Shown here: positions 36,647-46,930 of the stretch, piece after piece
Layout of the letters: each line of letters opens with the position of its first letter
Numbering within the stretch: position 1 is the stretch's first letter
Origin: Candidatus Vogelbacteria bacterium RIFOXYD1_FULL_46_19
Lineage (GTDB): Bacteria; Patescibacteriota; Minisyncoccia; Phycocordibacterales; XYD1-FULL-46-19
Direction of reading: 5' to 3'
Assembly: GCA_001824825.1 (NCBI GenBank)
Contig: MHTK01000006.1
Span: 252,138-316,137, forward strand
DNA: 64,000 bases
The notes under the pieces: model-generated
Told to the model about the DNA's origin: nothing
Database searches by the model: none
The model's input: only the letters and a program-made list of their open reading frames with translations
Program-made: the position numbers and the translations under genes

Positions 36647-38602
36647 TTATTGAATCATCGTTTTGATTTTTCTAGCGACACTGACAGCGGTAATAATTTT
36701 TCCACTCAAAACTGAAAAGCACCCGAAACTATGATCGGTAACTTCGGTTGGTCTAGCATCATCTTTCAAGCTGTTTTTTTCTATAGGTAAAATGACAAAC
36801 ATGGAATTAACATACTCGGCAGTTTCTAAAAACGGAAACCACTCTCGACAGCGCTTTTTCATCTCCGGCCAATGACTTTTTGTTTTATTAAGTACCTTTT
36901 TAAGTTTTAACAAATCTCTATGTCCTCTTCCTATTTTATGGATAGATAAAGGGGCATCACCAAAGGTATATAAATCTGAATTACCTAAAGGGACTAGAGT
37001 TGCAAAAGGACCATCCATAATCATTACCGCCGTCCTAGGTAAAGTTTTTGACAAGCGAATGATAGCTATTTCTTTCAGGCGAAATTCCAAGTTTCTCTCT
37101 TTAAAACCAAGCCAAGAGCAAAAATTATTGTGGTCAACATAAGTAGTATTGAGGACAAAATCAAAACTATCTTTGTATCGCCGATTGTCTGATTTTATTG
37201 TTAAAATTTTCTGTCCATCTTCAGATAAACTAGCACCAACTACTTCTGTCTTAAGTTTGATTTTAATTTGTTTGTTTTCTACCAATCTTGATTTTATGTC
37301 TCTAACTAAATAATCATAATCCAATACCGCTTCAGGAGTTTTCAGAGATAAACCAACTGTGTCAGCATTCAAAAATTCCGATGGCGGATATTCTCTCTCA
37401 TAAGGCAAGCTCATCTCATCGCAAACTTTCATAAATTCTTTAGGCAAAGTTAAAGACCCTTTTTTTGCAATTGCATAATAAGCCGGAAAGGAACGGATGA
37501 TCGACTGGTGGTAAAATTTCTCAAAATCTGAAGTGGCTAATTTAATTTCAGAGATTGTTTCCCGACTGCGTGGATAATGATACCCCATATGGTGCCGATA
37601 TTGATTGCCTTTGGAAGCTCCCTGCATGATCTGTGCTTCGCGTTCAAAAACTGTCACTTCAGCGATATTTTTTAAGTGCAAAGCAACTGTTAAACCAAAA
37701 ATACCCCCTCCAATCACTGCAATTTTAGGCCTAGACAACTTTTTGGCTTTAAGAGTGGCCCTTTCTGCGATTTGAATGATTTTCAACCCGACTTCAGCTT
37801 TAGGAACAATCACAGTTTGTCCTGTCAAAAACTGTCTGAATACTTCCAACTCCCGCTCCAAGGGATCAGGTTTCATTGAACAAAGAACTGTCTTATGACG
37901 ACACCCCTCTCTAATAATAATCGAACCAGTTTGAAAATCACAGTCAAAAATTTTGTTTTTGGACTGAACAGTAAAGATCCTTTCTTTAATCTCATCCTGC
38001 CAACCTAAAACAAAATTAGCTAACACCCCATTAGGATAGCGTAGATTAATTTTTTTAATTTTATTTGTTCCTCGCGTCCAAACAATGTCGGGCTTCTCTC
38101 CCCAAAGAAAATCTACTACATCAAAAAAGTGAAGCTTTTCAAACGCTGGATCTTCGCCCCGCCAAGTTTCAACCGGACTAATAAACCGCCCGGTCACTTC
38201 ACAAGTTTTTGGATTAACGTTCTTTATCAAACTTTTTAACTTTAAAGTAACCGGGTGAAATCGATAAATATGACCAACTACCAACGAATGATTATACCTC
38301 TTAGCTAGAGATAAAAGTTCTTTAGCTTGTTTAGAGTTTAAGGCAAGCGGTTTTTCGACAAAAACATGGCAATAAGGTAGACACTTTTTAACTAACCGAT
38401 AATGAGTTGAAGCGGGAGTAACAATATCAACCGCATCTACTGATTTTAAAAGATTTGTAGTTAATCTGGGACCCTGAGACTTAGTAATAATGCCTACCAA
38501 ATCAATTTTTCCGACCTTATGAAATTGTTTCAACACTCTTTCGTGGTGAACACCAAAGCGACCCACTCCAACAAGTATGATCCGTGGCAAGCGTTTATAC
38601 AT
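36647..38602 (-). CDS. Gfo/Idh/MocA oxidoreductase fused to FAD-dependent oxidoreductase
   Basis: GVGRFG and HVFVEKP; second domain GGGIFG and AS..NQ.R.H.GYHYPRS. Confidence 0.8.
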   Translation of the reverse strand: MYKRLPRIILVGVGRFGVHHERVLKQFHKVGKIDLVGIITKSQGPRLTTNLLKSVDAVDIVTPASTHYRLVKKCLPYCHVFVEKPLALNSKQAKELLSLAKRYNHSLVVGHIYRFHPVTLKLKSLIKNVNPKTCEVTGRFISPVETWRGEDPAFEKLHFFDVVDFLWGEKPDIVWTRGTNKIKKINLRYPNGVLANFVLGWQDEIKERIFTVQSKNKIFDCDFQTGSIIIREGCRHKTVLCSMKPDPLERELEVFRQFLTGQTVIVPKAEVGLKIIQIAERATLKAKKLSRPKIAVIGGGIFGLTVALHLKNIAEVTVFEREAQIMQGASKGNQYRHHMGYHYPRSRETISEIKLATSDFEKFYHQSIIRSFPAYYAIAKKGSLTLPKEFMKVCDEMSLPYEREYPPSEFLNADTVGLSLKTPEAVLDYDYLVRDIKSRLVENKQIKIKLKTEVVGASLSEDGQKILTIKSDNRRYKDSFDFVLNTTYVDHNNFCSWLGFKERNLEFRLKEIAIIRLSKTLPRTAVMIMDGPFATLVPLGNSDLYTFGDAPLSIHKIGRGHRDLLKLKKVLNKTKSHWPEMKKRCREWFPFLETAEYVNSMFVILPIEKNSLKDDARPTEVTDHSFGCFSVLSGKIITAVSVARKIKTMIQ

Positions 38603-38603
38603 A

Positions 38604-39527
38604 TTATTTTTCACTAGCACTTCTAATCATGTAGGGGGATAGATTAGTGATAGAATAATGCAACCGTAACATCGTTTCGGCCATGAGACCTAACATAACC
38701 AAAAGAACCGCTAAAATTGCAAATAATGACCCAATGACCGGAAGTGGTGTTTCTGTAAAATTTAAAATACCCGCTATTCTAAGATAAACAGCTGCACTGA
38801 AAGTAACTACGGATAATACAGCCATGTACAAACCCACCCCGCCAAAAAAGCGCAATGGTCGGGCAAAATATTTAACAAAAAATACAATTCCTAACAAATC
38901 AAAAATCCCCCGAATCATTTTAGAAATACGAACCTTAGCTACCCCAGTTTCTCTAACAAAATGAGGAATTGGGACTTCCACTAATCTTGCCCCCCGTTCT
39001 TTCGCGACGGCCGGCAAAAACACCTGGGCTTCCCCCCATAGACGGAAATCTTTAATGAATTTAGACCGATAAACTTTCAATCCACAACCAAAATCATGAA
39101 GAGGTAAATTAAGCAACCAACGAGCAATCAAGTTAGCTAGTTTAGAAAATAAAACCCTCGTCCAATAATCATGTCGTTCTGTTCTCCAACCGACAGCAAC
39201 ATCATAACCATCATCAAGCTTGGCTAATAATTTTAAAATATCCCTGGGATCATTCTGTAAATCAGCATCAATCAAAACAATAATGTCGCCTTTGGCATTA
39301 TGAATGCCCACATCAATAGCTGCCGTTTGGCCATAATTACGCTGTAAAGAAATGAGACGGAGTGGTTGTAACCTACTTGCGACTTCTTCTGTCTTATCTT
39401 GTGAACCATCATTAATAAAAAGTATTTCAAAATTATCAGACTGTTTTGAAAGAGTTTGACAAAGTTTCTCATGCAAAGCAACCAAGGTTTTTGCCTCATT
39501 ATAAATTGGAACAATAATAGAAATCAT
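38604..39527 (-). CDS. Glycosyltransferase family 2 (polyprenyl-phosphate glycosyltransferase-like)
   Basis: PIYNE, DGS.D, RNYGQTAA, DADLQNDP, DFGCG; two C-terminal TM. Confidence 0.9.
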   Translation of the reverse strand: MISIIVPIYNEAKTLVALHEKLCQTLSKQSDNFEILFINDGSQDKTEEVASRLQPLRLISLQRNYGQTAAIDVGIHNAKGDIIVLIDADLQNDPRDILKLLAKLDDGYDVAVGWRTERHDYWTRVLFSKLANLIARWLLNLPLHDFGCGLKVYRSKFIKDFRLWGEAQVFLPAVAKERGARLVEVPIPHFVRETGVAKVRISKMIRGIFDLLGIVFFVKYFARPLRFFGGVGLYMAVLSVVTFSAAVYLRIAGILNFTETPLPVIGSLFAILAVLLVMLGLMAETMLRLHYSITNLSPYMIRSASEK

Positions 39528-39597
39528 ACTAGTTGCGAAAATATATAACTAATCATAGATAAAGGGCGAGGCTTTATCAACCCCGCCCAGACTAGAC

Positions 39598-41127
39598 TCA
39601 GCCACCAGACCAACGACTCCCTATACTCGTCTCAAGACGCATCCTGACGTGATCGTCCGTATTAGCATGACGCCAACCCCAATCACGAAGTTCCAACACC
39701 CTCTCTGGCGAAACGGTCGTATTTCTCATAACCGCATTTTTCCAATTTAAAAGATCGGGATCGAAACTTGGATCAATATGTCCACCTTTCAACGCGATCT
39801 CATACAATTGACTTCCAGGAAAAGGTATGGGGATAAAGAAAGTACAATAAGCGGCCCCAGCTAACACTAAGCATCGTCCTAGTTCTATACTTTTTCTTAT
39901 TTCCTCCTCTGTTTCATCTGGAAAGCCTATCATTATATTGACAGGACAAGTTATACCAATCTTGGAAGCCGTCTTCACCAGTTCGACGACATCCAAATGC
40001 TCGTGGTTAAGTTTGCCGGTCGCGTACTTATTTAGAATCCGCTGAGACGCCGATTCGACCGGGAAAACAATCTGATCAAATCCAGCATCTGCTAGAAGTT
40101 CTAAATATTCCACATCAATAACATGAGAGCCTCCTGATACAGTCTTTAAGAAGTGCACCAGATTGACTCCATTCACATCGGCTATCTTCAAACCTTTGTG
40201 CTTGATTTGACTGAAAATACGACGCACTCGGTCTTTTTTAGCCAACAATGAATCATCCTCAAAGTAAATCTTGGACACCCCAAGATTTTTGAGTCTATCA
40301 ATTTCAGCAAATACACGATCAATCGATTTTAAACGAAGTGATCCTATATTACCAAATGTGATAGGCTGGCTCTTCTCCACAGAAATATGACAATACTTGC
40401 AACGAAAAGGACAACCCCGTGAGGTCATAATAGGCGCATACCGATCGTGACCATTGGAGATTACCCCGTGCGGGGAAGAGATCTTGTCATAATGCTGAAA
40501 AGGCAATTTATGCCAAGCTGGAAATGGCAATCGGTCAAGATCCAAATCGATATCGTTTGGATCAACTGGACAACAGACTGTCAAGCCACCACGTTCGGTT
40601 ATCACACCCGGCACCTCCGCCAAATCAATACCAATCTGCCAAGCCTGAATAAGACGAACTACAACCCTTTCCCCTTCGGATAAACATATCGCATCAACAT
40701 TACCACTTCGGAAAAAAGGCGTTGGCAAATTTCTAGCGTTGACACCACCAGCAATAACCAGGATGTCTCGTGAGACAATTTTTGCAGCCTCAGCAACTTC
40801 AAGAGCCAACCGTGTTTGGGGAGTAAAATTCGAGCTTATGCCAACCACATCATACCCACCACGGGCAATCTCCGATGCCAATTGATCTTTATTCATCCCT
40901 ATCCTGATGAGACCATTTGCTTGAACCTCTGATCGATAAAATGTCTCCTCTAAACTATTTTCTTTTGTACCAACCGAAGCATCAAGAACGTCAGTCTCAT
41001 ACCCAGCCGATTCTAAAGCCGAAGCTAAATAAAGCGGTCCGAGCGATCCGTCAGGTCTGGGTGTTTCTATTGACATCAATTGATTAGCTGGATAAACCAG
41101 CAACACTTTGACACTTTGTCTCCTCAC
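39598..41127 (-). CDS. B12-binding radical SAM protein
   Basis: LGPLYLA..L cobalamin-binding start; TSRGCPFRCKYC; GFPDET; probable GTG start at 41127 with AAGGAG 7 nt upstream. Confidence 0.88.
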   Translation of the reverse strand: MRRQSVKVLLVYPANQLMSIETPRPDGSLGPLYLASALESAGYETDVLDASVGTKENSLEETFYRSEVQANGLIRIGMNKDQLASEIARGGYDVVGISSNFTPQTRLALEVAEAAKIVSRDILVIAGGVNARNLPTPFFRSGNVDAICLSEGERVVVRLIQAWQIGIDLAEVPGVITERGGLTVCCPVDPNDIDLDLDRLPFPAWHKLPFQHYDKISSPHGVISNGHDRYAPIMTSRGCPFRCKYCHISVEKSQPITFGNIGSLRLKSIDRVFAEIDRLKNLGVSKIYFEDDSLLAKKDRVRRIFSQIKHKGLKIADVNGVNLVHFLKTVSGGSHVIDVEYLELLADAGFDQIVFPVESASQRILNKYATGKLNHEHLDVVELVKTASKIGITCPVNIMIGFPDETEEEIRKSIELGRCLVLAGAAYCTFFIPIPFPGSQLYEIALKGGHIDPSFDPDLLNWKNAVMRNTTVSPERVLELRDWGWRHANTDDHVRMRLETSIGSRWSGG

Positions 41128-41185
41128 ACTGAGTCTCCTTTTCTTTGATAAAGACCGCTCTAAATTTCTACTGTATCTTATAACA

Positions 41186-41863
41186 TTATTTACTAAACCT
41201 TTCAATGTCAGCGGGAGTGGTGAAATATAAGTCATCTTGTCCCAACACTATATACATAGGATAAGCTTTGTTAAACCGATTAAGCATTGGGGTCAAATAA
41301 TATTCGCCACTTTTTTGATGAAGAACCTTACGATAGTTGAAAATATCAGAATTTAAAACCATCACTCCGCCAGCCGCCATTACTGGCTTACTGGTTGGTT
41401 TTCTATGCTCAACTAGTTTGATAATCATACCGTCTTTATTGACCTTAACAACCCCCGTCGGAATTGGTTTTGATATGAAGTGACATAAACAGCTATAATT
41501 ATGAGATAAACATTTTTTTATTTCAGTTTTAGAGGGAAGCTCATCACCATAAATAAGAATAAATCTTTCTTGCGGTTTAGTGAAAAAATCTTTTACTTGT
41601 AATAAGGCATACGCTGGGCCAACCAACCGATCTTGCCTAACGAAAGAAAACGACACGAGTGGAAACTTTTCTTTTAAATATCTTTTAATTTTATTTCCTT
41701 GGTACCCAATAACTACAATTATGTGATCTATCGATGGTGGTAAAGATTCTATAATGTGATGAATTATAGGTTTACCCAAAACACTAATAAGAGGCTTGGG
41801 TAGTGTGTCAGTTAAACGTCCCATTCGCCGGCCACGCCCAGCCGCTAAAATTACAGCTTTCAT
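41186..41863 (-). CDS. Sugar-phosphate nucleotidyltransferase
   Basis: ILAAGRGRRM..LT..PKPL; YGD. Confidence 0.85.
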   Translation of the reverse strand: MKAVILAAGRGRRMGRLTDTLPKPLISVLGKPIIHHIIESLPPSIDHIIVVIGYQGNKIKRYLKEKFPLVSFSFVRQDRLVGPAYALLQVKDFFTKPQERFILIYGDELPSKTEIKKCLSHNYSCLCHFISKPIPTGVVKVNKDGMIIKLVEHRKPTSKPVMAAGGVMVLNSDIFNYRKVLHQKSGEYYLTPMLNRFNKAYPMYIVLGQDDLYFTTPADIERFSK

Positions 41864-41868
41864 AAATT

Positions 41869-42306
41869 TTAATCAAAACGAAAAATAAAACGTCTGCTAA
41901 AAATAAAACTTAACGCAGCCATTGTACCAACAACCAATGTCTGTGACAAAAGATAATAAACACCAAAAATCGATGTTAAAAGATAAATCAAACCTAAACC
42001 AATCGGGGCAGAAACAACATACATTAAAATGTGTTTTAAATATTGTTTAGCTAGCGGTTCTGACCGATGCCCTCGAAAAGTATAAAAAAAATTTAGAATA
42101 AACATAACAGTCCAACTGACAACTGTGCCCATCACTACAGAAATTATGTACCAAAAATTTAAATATTCAGTCAAGAAGAAAGTTATTATCAAGTTCAATA
42201 AAAAAGCAGCCCCTCCTGATAAACCATAAAAAATAAGTTGGATTGGTATGCAACGTTTCATCTCGTAAATAATCTTATCCCTCCATATATAAGTTATATT
42301 TTCCAC
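41869..42306 (-). CDS. GtrA family protein
   Basis: Four TM; F.LN..YTF and SRRFIF termini. Confidence 0.8.
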   Translation of the reverse strand: MENITYIWRDKIIYEMKRCIPIQLIFYGLSGGAAFLLNLIITFFLTEYLNFWYIISVVMGTVVSWTVMFILNFFYTFRGHRSEPLAKQYLKHILMYVVSAPIGLGLIYLLTSIFGVYYLLSQTLVVGTMAALSFIFSRRFIFRFD

Positions 42307-43400
42307 TGGTCGAGAACTTCAAAAATTCTTTGACTGACTCTCTTATCCCATAAGGGTATTTTACCGGGAACAAAAACCGTTCTTTTTAAGTGATTAATAA
42401 TGTCCTGGCTAGAAGCTTCGTCAATCGGAAATAATTTATTAGAACCAAGCTCTAAAGTGATGGGTCGTTCGGTATTATCGCGCAAGGTCGCGCAAGGGAT
42501 ACCGAGGTGACTGGTTTCTTCTTGAATTCCGCCAGAATCAGTCACCACCCCAATACTCTCCTTAGTTAATTTAACGAAATCAAAATAGCCGGTCGGCTCA
42601 ATTACTAGTAAATTTTCAATAAGTGGCTTTAATTTATACTCCTCAATTTTTTTGCGAGTACCAGGGTGCAAAGGGAAAATTACCGGCCAAACTTTAGCAA
42701 TCTCATTAACTAGTAAGAGTACCCTCTCTAAATCTTTCTTACTGTCGATATTTTCCTGACGATGAATGGTTGCCAAAACATAACCTTTAGAAGTTAAGCC
42801 AAGATCCTCCACGATTTTAGAGGACATTATTTTATCACGATAAATCTCTAATGATTCAATCATGATATTACCAACTAAATGAATCTTTTCTATTTTTACT
42901 CCTTCTCGAAGTAAATTATCTATTCCCGACTGTTCAGTCACAAAATGTAGATTCGATAAATGATCAACAATCGCCCGGTTAATTTCCTCTGGCATTCGTC
43001 GATCATAACTCCTCAAACCAGCTTCAATGTGAACTAACTTGACATTATATTTGATCGCCGCCAAAGCGCCGGCTAAAGTTGAATTTACATCGCCAAAAAC
43101 AATCGCTCCATCAAATTTATGGTGCTTAAATACCTCCTTCATCTTATCAAACATCAAGGCAATTTTTTCTGTGTGCCGTTCCCCACCCGGAGCTAGAAAA
43201 ATGTCCGGTTTAGGAATGCCAAGTTCTTCAAAAAATACTTCCGACATATTTCGATCAAAATGTTGGCCAGTATGAATAACCACCCAGTCAAATCGAGGAT
43301 GTTTCACCGACTCGCGTAAAAAAGGAGCTGCTTTAACGAAATTTGGCCGAGTCCCCACTATAACCGCAAAGCGAAGCTTGGAACGTGAAAATAAATTCAT
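42294..43400 (-). CDS. wecB: UDP-N-acetylglucosamine 2-epimerase (non-hydrolysing)
   Basis: GTRPNFVK, HTGQH, GDVNS, HIEAGLRS, PEEINR, TDSGGIQEE, TERP. Confidence 0.95.
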   Translation of the reverse strand: MNLFSRSKLRFAVIVGTRPNFVKAAPFLRESVKHPRFDWVVIHTGQHFDRNMSEVFFEELGIPKPDIFLAPGGERHTEKIALMFDKMKEVFKHHKFDGAIVFGDVNSTLAGALAAIKYNVKLVHIEAGLRSYDRRMPEEINRAIVDHLSNLHFVTEQSGIDNLLREGVKIEKIHLVGNIMIESLEIYRDKIMSSKIVEDLGLTSKGYVLATIHRQENIDSKKDLERVLLLVNEIAKVWPVIFPLHPGTRKKIEEYKLKPLIENLLVIEPTGYFDFVKLTKESIGVVTDSGGIQEETSHLGIPCATLRDNTERPITLELGSNKLFPIDEASSQDIINHLKRTVFVPGKIPLWDKRVSQRIFEVLDQWKI

Positions 43401-43411
43401 AACACAAATTT

Positions 43412-44365
43412 TTAAAGGCCATAGTATTGCCTCATCCAGTCAATCGTCTTCTTAACCCCAGTCTCGAGATCCACAGTCAGCTTATGTCCCAAATCATGTT
43501 CAGCTTTAGAAGTATCAACTCGTTTGTCTTTGGTAGTTAAAATTTCACCCTCTTGATAAGTAATCAACTCGCGTGGCGCTCTAGTATAAGTCCAAATGAT
43601 ATCAGCTAGAGTCTCAATATCGTGCTCTTCCTTGCCGCCGATATTGTAAACTTCGCCTGGTTTAAAATTATCAACAATATTGGCGAGAGTAGTGCAGGTA
43701 TCCTCGAGATATGTTGAACTTCTAGTGTGACCTTTATAGACCGTAACCGGCAGACCATGAAGTGCATGGTAGCAAAACTTACAGTTGACACTGCGGTAAG
43801 GATGATACCATTCTCCCGGCCCATAGGTATTGAACAAACGAACAATGACAGTCTCTGTGCCATGCTTAATGCCTGAGTTTCTTATTTGTTGCTCATTAAC
43901 CCATTTAGAGAGAGCATAGTCGTTAAGTTGTTTAACCTCTATAGTGTTCATCACCTCCTCCGTCATTACCTCAGGGTAATCCCCATACACTTCCGACGAA
44001 GAAAAGTGGACTAACCTAAACCCCAACTTCTCTTGAAGTCGAATAATATTCTTGGTCCCGATAGCATTGGTTCGCCACACTTGTTCATAAAAATCTTCTC
44101 CGTTCCATCGCCCAAACTCGGCTGCACAGTGATAGACCAAGTCAAAAGGACCAGCCGCTTCAAAAACCCTCTCAAGCTGGCGATAATCAGCTACGTCGCA
44201 CCTTGAATATTTAAAATCCCCCTTCGACATCTCATGTTCCCAACCCCGTTCTCCTAAATGATGTGCGAGATCTAACCCAAAAACCGAGTGGCCCCTTTCT
44301 AACAGCTTAGTTTTGAGCCAAGAACCAACCACCCCTCGGCTTCCGGTTATAAGTATTTTTGCCAT
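43412..44365 (-). CDS. NAD-dependent epimerase/dehydratase
   Basis: TGSRGVVG, SSSEVYG, YALSK, RLFNTYGPG. Confidence 0.9.
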   Translation of the reverse strand: MAKILITGSRGVVGSWLKTKLLERGHSVFGLDLAHHLGERGWEHEMSKGDFKYSRCDVADYRQLERVFEAAGPFDLVYHCAAEFGRWNGEDFYEQVWRTNAIGTKNIIRLQEKLGFRLVHFSSSEVYGDYPEVMTEEVMNTIEVKQLNDYALSKWVNEQQIRNSGIKHGTETVIVRLFNTYGPGEWYHPYRSVNCKFCYHALHGLPVTVYKGHTRSSTYLEDTCTTLANIVDNFKPGEVYNIGGKEEHDIETLADIIWTYTRAPRELITYQEGEILTTKDKRVDTSKAEHDLGHKLTVDLETGVKKTIDWMRQYYGL

Positions 44366-44404
44366 AATATTAAGCTAATTATACACAATAAAAACTCGAG
44401 TCAA

Positions 44405-45016
44405 CTATTCTCTATTTTTAATGAGACCCTGCACTACATCGCAGTAAAGTTTATAGAGCGGAATAGCAGTGGAGTCATCTCCTACTTCATCAGCCTTAGC
44501 TAGACTAACAGCGTCTTCAAGCGGCATTAAACATATAGAAATTCCTGGATCACTTAACTGGGTTAGCTGGCTGGCTTCTTTTAAAGTGAGTTCTAGTCTA
44601 AATATGGATATGGGCGTTTCAACAACTGTATAGCCAATCATTCTACCATCAGATATAAGACGATCTTGCTCAATCTTCAAATCAGCCTTGTTTTCCAAGT
44701 TCCGGACCACAGCTCGTTCTGGAGTTTCCGTCTCACCTATATATCCTCCAATTGTTTTTAGGATTACACCCATTTTTTCCGAACAAACTTGCTCTATAAG
44801 TAACACTTCGTAGTTGTTGCCCTTTTTTACAAAAGGAAGCACCACCACAGCCGGTGCCGTTTTAACCATCGTATAAATATCTCCATTGGGAGCCTTCCAA
44901 GCCATTGCTGTCATAAAGTCAGAAGCAAAAAGCGGCACCCGCAAAGTCTTAAAACCTTTTCCAATCCATTTAATGAGAGTGATCAATAAACTATTCGATT
45001 GCCTTTTATTTTTCAT
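44405..45016 (-). CDS. NUDIX-like hydrolase (ADP-sugar pyrophosphatase-like, divergent)
   Basis: AVVVLPF..VLLIEQ; GGYI..ETPERAVVRNLENK degenerate Nudix box. Confidence 0.65.
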   Translation of the reverse strand: MKNKRQSNSLLITLIKWIGKGFKTLRVPLFASDFMTAMAWKAPNGDIYTMVKTAPAVVVLPFVKKGNNYEVLLIEQVCSEKMGVILKTIGGYIGETETPERAVVRNLENKADLKIEQDRLISDGRMIGYTVVETPISIFRLELTLKEASQLTQLSDPGISICLMPLEDAVSLAKADEVGDDSTAIPLYKLYCDVVQGLIKNRE

Positions 45017-45825
45017 TTCTTAATAGCTCTTAATACCAAGTGGCGCCCAAATGGCAGACCTGACCTAGTTAGAAGCTTTTCAAACCAAATAGTCAATTTT
45101 CTAAGTGGCGGAATATGTAGAGGCACCTTTAATAAAAAATCCATGTAGGGCCCGTCAATCCAAGAAACACTACTTATCTTTTCGACCCTCAAACCACTCA
45201 ATTCCAACCATTCTCTCATCGTTTTAGCTGTAAACTCCCTCACATGCGAGTCTCCATGTTTTTTAAGACTATCCTGAGAGAAATGTTTCATGGGGCAAAA
45301 CTTTCGCACCCTGATTGATCGCAAAAACCTCCCCCACCAAGTGCCATCGGCATTTAAGTTAGGCACGGAAATTACCAACAAGCCTCCAGGAACTAGAACT
45401 CTCAGTAATTCCTTTAGAGCCTCCTCTTTATGGAAAACATGTTCAAGGACTTCTCCGCAAATAACTTTATCAAAATATCCATCACGATACGGCAAAGATT
45501 CTATCACCGCCGTCTTAAAGTTAACATTTAAGATGTTATTATCTGATTTAAATTGATTAGCCTGGTTGATAAAACTATCCGCAATATCAACACCATGCCC
45601 TTCTTCAATACTTTGAGCAAGCTTAAAGACCTGCCGACCGGAAGCACAGCCAACATCCAATATCTTATCTGTTTTTTGAGGTTTAACAAACCTATAAATC
45701 TCTCCTTCTCGAAGATAATTAGTTAATCCTATGCGATAGGTGGGCTGAAATTTGATTTGGAGGTAACTACCACCGGCATCTCCACCAATATCCTCCCACA
45801 TTTCTTTATAATTATTGTCTACCAT
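45013..45825 (-). CDS. Class I SAM-dependent methyltransferase
   Basis: ILDVGCASG; EVLEH; RVLVPGG; HVREFT. Confidence 0.85.
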   Translation of the reverse strand: MVDNNYKEMWEDIGGDAGGSYLQIKFQPTYRIGLTNYLREGEIYRFVKPQKTDKILDVGCASGRQVFKLAQSIEEGHGVDIADSFINQANQFKSDNNILNVNFKTAVIESLPYRDGYFDKVICGEVLEHVFHKEEALKELLRVLVPGGLLVISVPNLNADGTWWGRFLRSIRVRKFCPMKHFSQDSLKKHGDSHVREFTAKTMREWLELSGLRVEKISSVSWIDGPYMDFLLKVPLHIPPLRKLTIWFEKLLTRSGLPFGRHLVLRAIKK

Positions 45826-45828
45826 TAT

Positions 45829-46926
45829 TTATACTTGATGAACTGCTTTATTGATAATTTTTCCAAGCTTCGTCCAAGTTAAATTTTCGCGCACATATTT
45901 TGCTCCTTTTCGCCCCAAATCTCGCCTCTGGCTTACCGACATTTCAAACAATTTAACCAAAGCTTCTTCTAATTCTTTTTCAATCCGATCCGGACTGATA
46001 ATTATAGGGCAATCTTCTCCCTCAAACAACTCCCAAACCGGCCCCACCCTAGTGGTAATAACCGGCAAACCAGTGACTAAATATTCCGGCAACTTAGAGG
46101 GAAAGGCATATTCGGTCATAGGAATACTTGGCCTCACTAAAACCAATACGCTTGATCTAACCACTAAAGGTTGAACTTCATCGTGAGGAATTTTGAAAGA
46201 AAGATCTGAAATTTCCAACAAATTCAACTTTTTTAGAGTTTCTTCTATCTCTCCCTGACCACTCGACATAATCATATTAAGGCGAAACGGAAAAAGGTTC
46301 TTTTCCTTTATCCGCGACAAAACATTCAACAACTGGTCCAAACCCTGGTAGGCTTTAGCATTGCCGGTATAGCCAACAACAAAGGTATCATTGTCCTCCA
46401 CCGGCGTCTCCATATTGACCTGATTTTCCGCTACACCACCGTAGACAACAACCGCTTTCTTAAGTTTTGGTCCGTAAAAATCAACTAATTTCTGTGATAC
46501 CGCAAAAACTAAATCGTAAAACCTTATCAGTAAATTTATTTTCCTCTGCAAGAGCTCGCTTTTAGGACGACTCATGAGCCCCTGATAATGCATTTCTGAG
46601 GCATAGAGTCCATGTAAGTCAATTGCTATTTTAACTCCTGTAAAAAACTTGATCCACACCGGCAGATCAATTTCAATATCAGTGGCCACCACCACCAATT
46701 CTATCTTTTCGGTCTTGACCAGCCTGGTAAAAAATTTAATTTTTTGTAGCAAACCAATCTCGGGATATTTAAAGAAGAGACCGGTAAAACCACGACATGA
46801 ATCAGGAGCCGATAAAATAACCTCATGTTCTTTTTGTAACTCTGTAACAAAACCACAAATCCTAATAGGTGTACCTCGTTTAGGATTAGCTAATGATTCC
46901 CTGGTGATAAAAAGCACTTTTTTCAT
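45829..46926 (-). CDS. Glycosyltransferase family 4
   Basis: GYTGN..YQG; FPSKLPEYL..G.PVI. Confidence 0.85.
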   Translation of the reverse strand: MKKVLFITRESLANPKRGTPIRICGFVTELQKEHEVILSAPDSCRGFTGLFFKYPEIGLLQKIKFFTRLVKTEKIELVVVATDIEIDLPVWIKFFTGVKIAIDLHGLYASEMHYQGLMSRPKSELLQRKINLLIRFYDLVFAVSQKLVDFYGPKLKKAVVVYGGVAENQVNMETPVEDNDTFVVGYTGNAKAYQGLDQLLNVLSRIKEKNLFPFRLNMIMSSGQGEIEETLKKLNLLEISDLSFKIPHDEVQPLVVRSSVLVLVRPSIPMTEYAFPSKLPEYLVTGLPVITTRVGPVWELFEGEDCPIIISPDRIEKELEEALVKLFEMSVSQRRDLGRKGAKYVRENLTWTKLGKIINKAVHQV

Positions 46927-46930
46927 AAAG

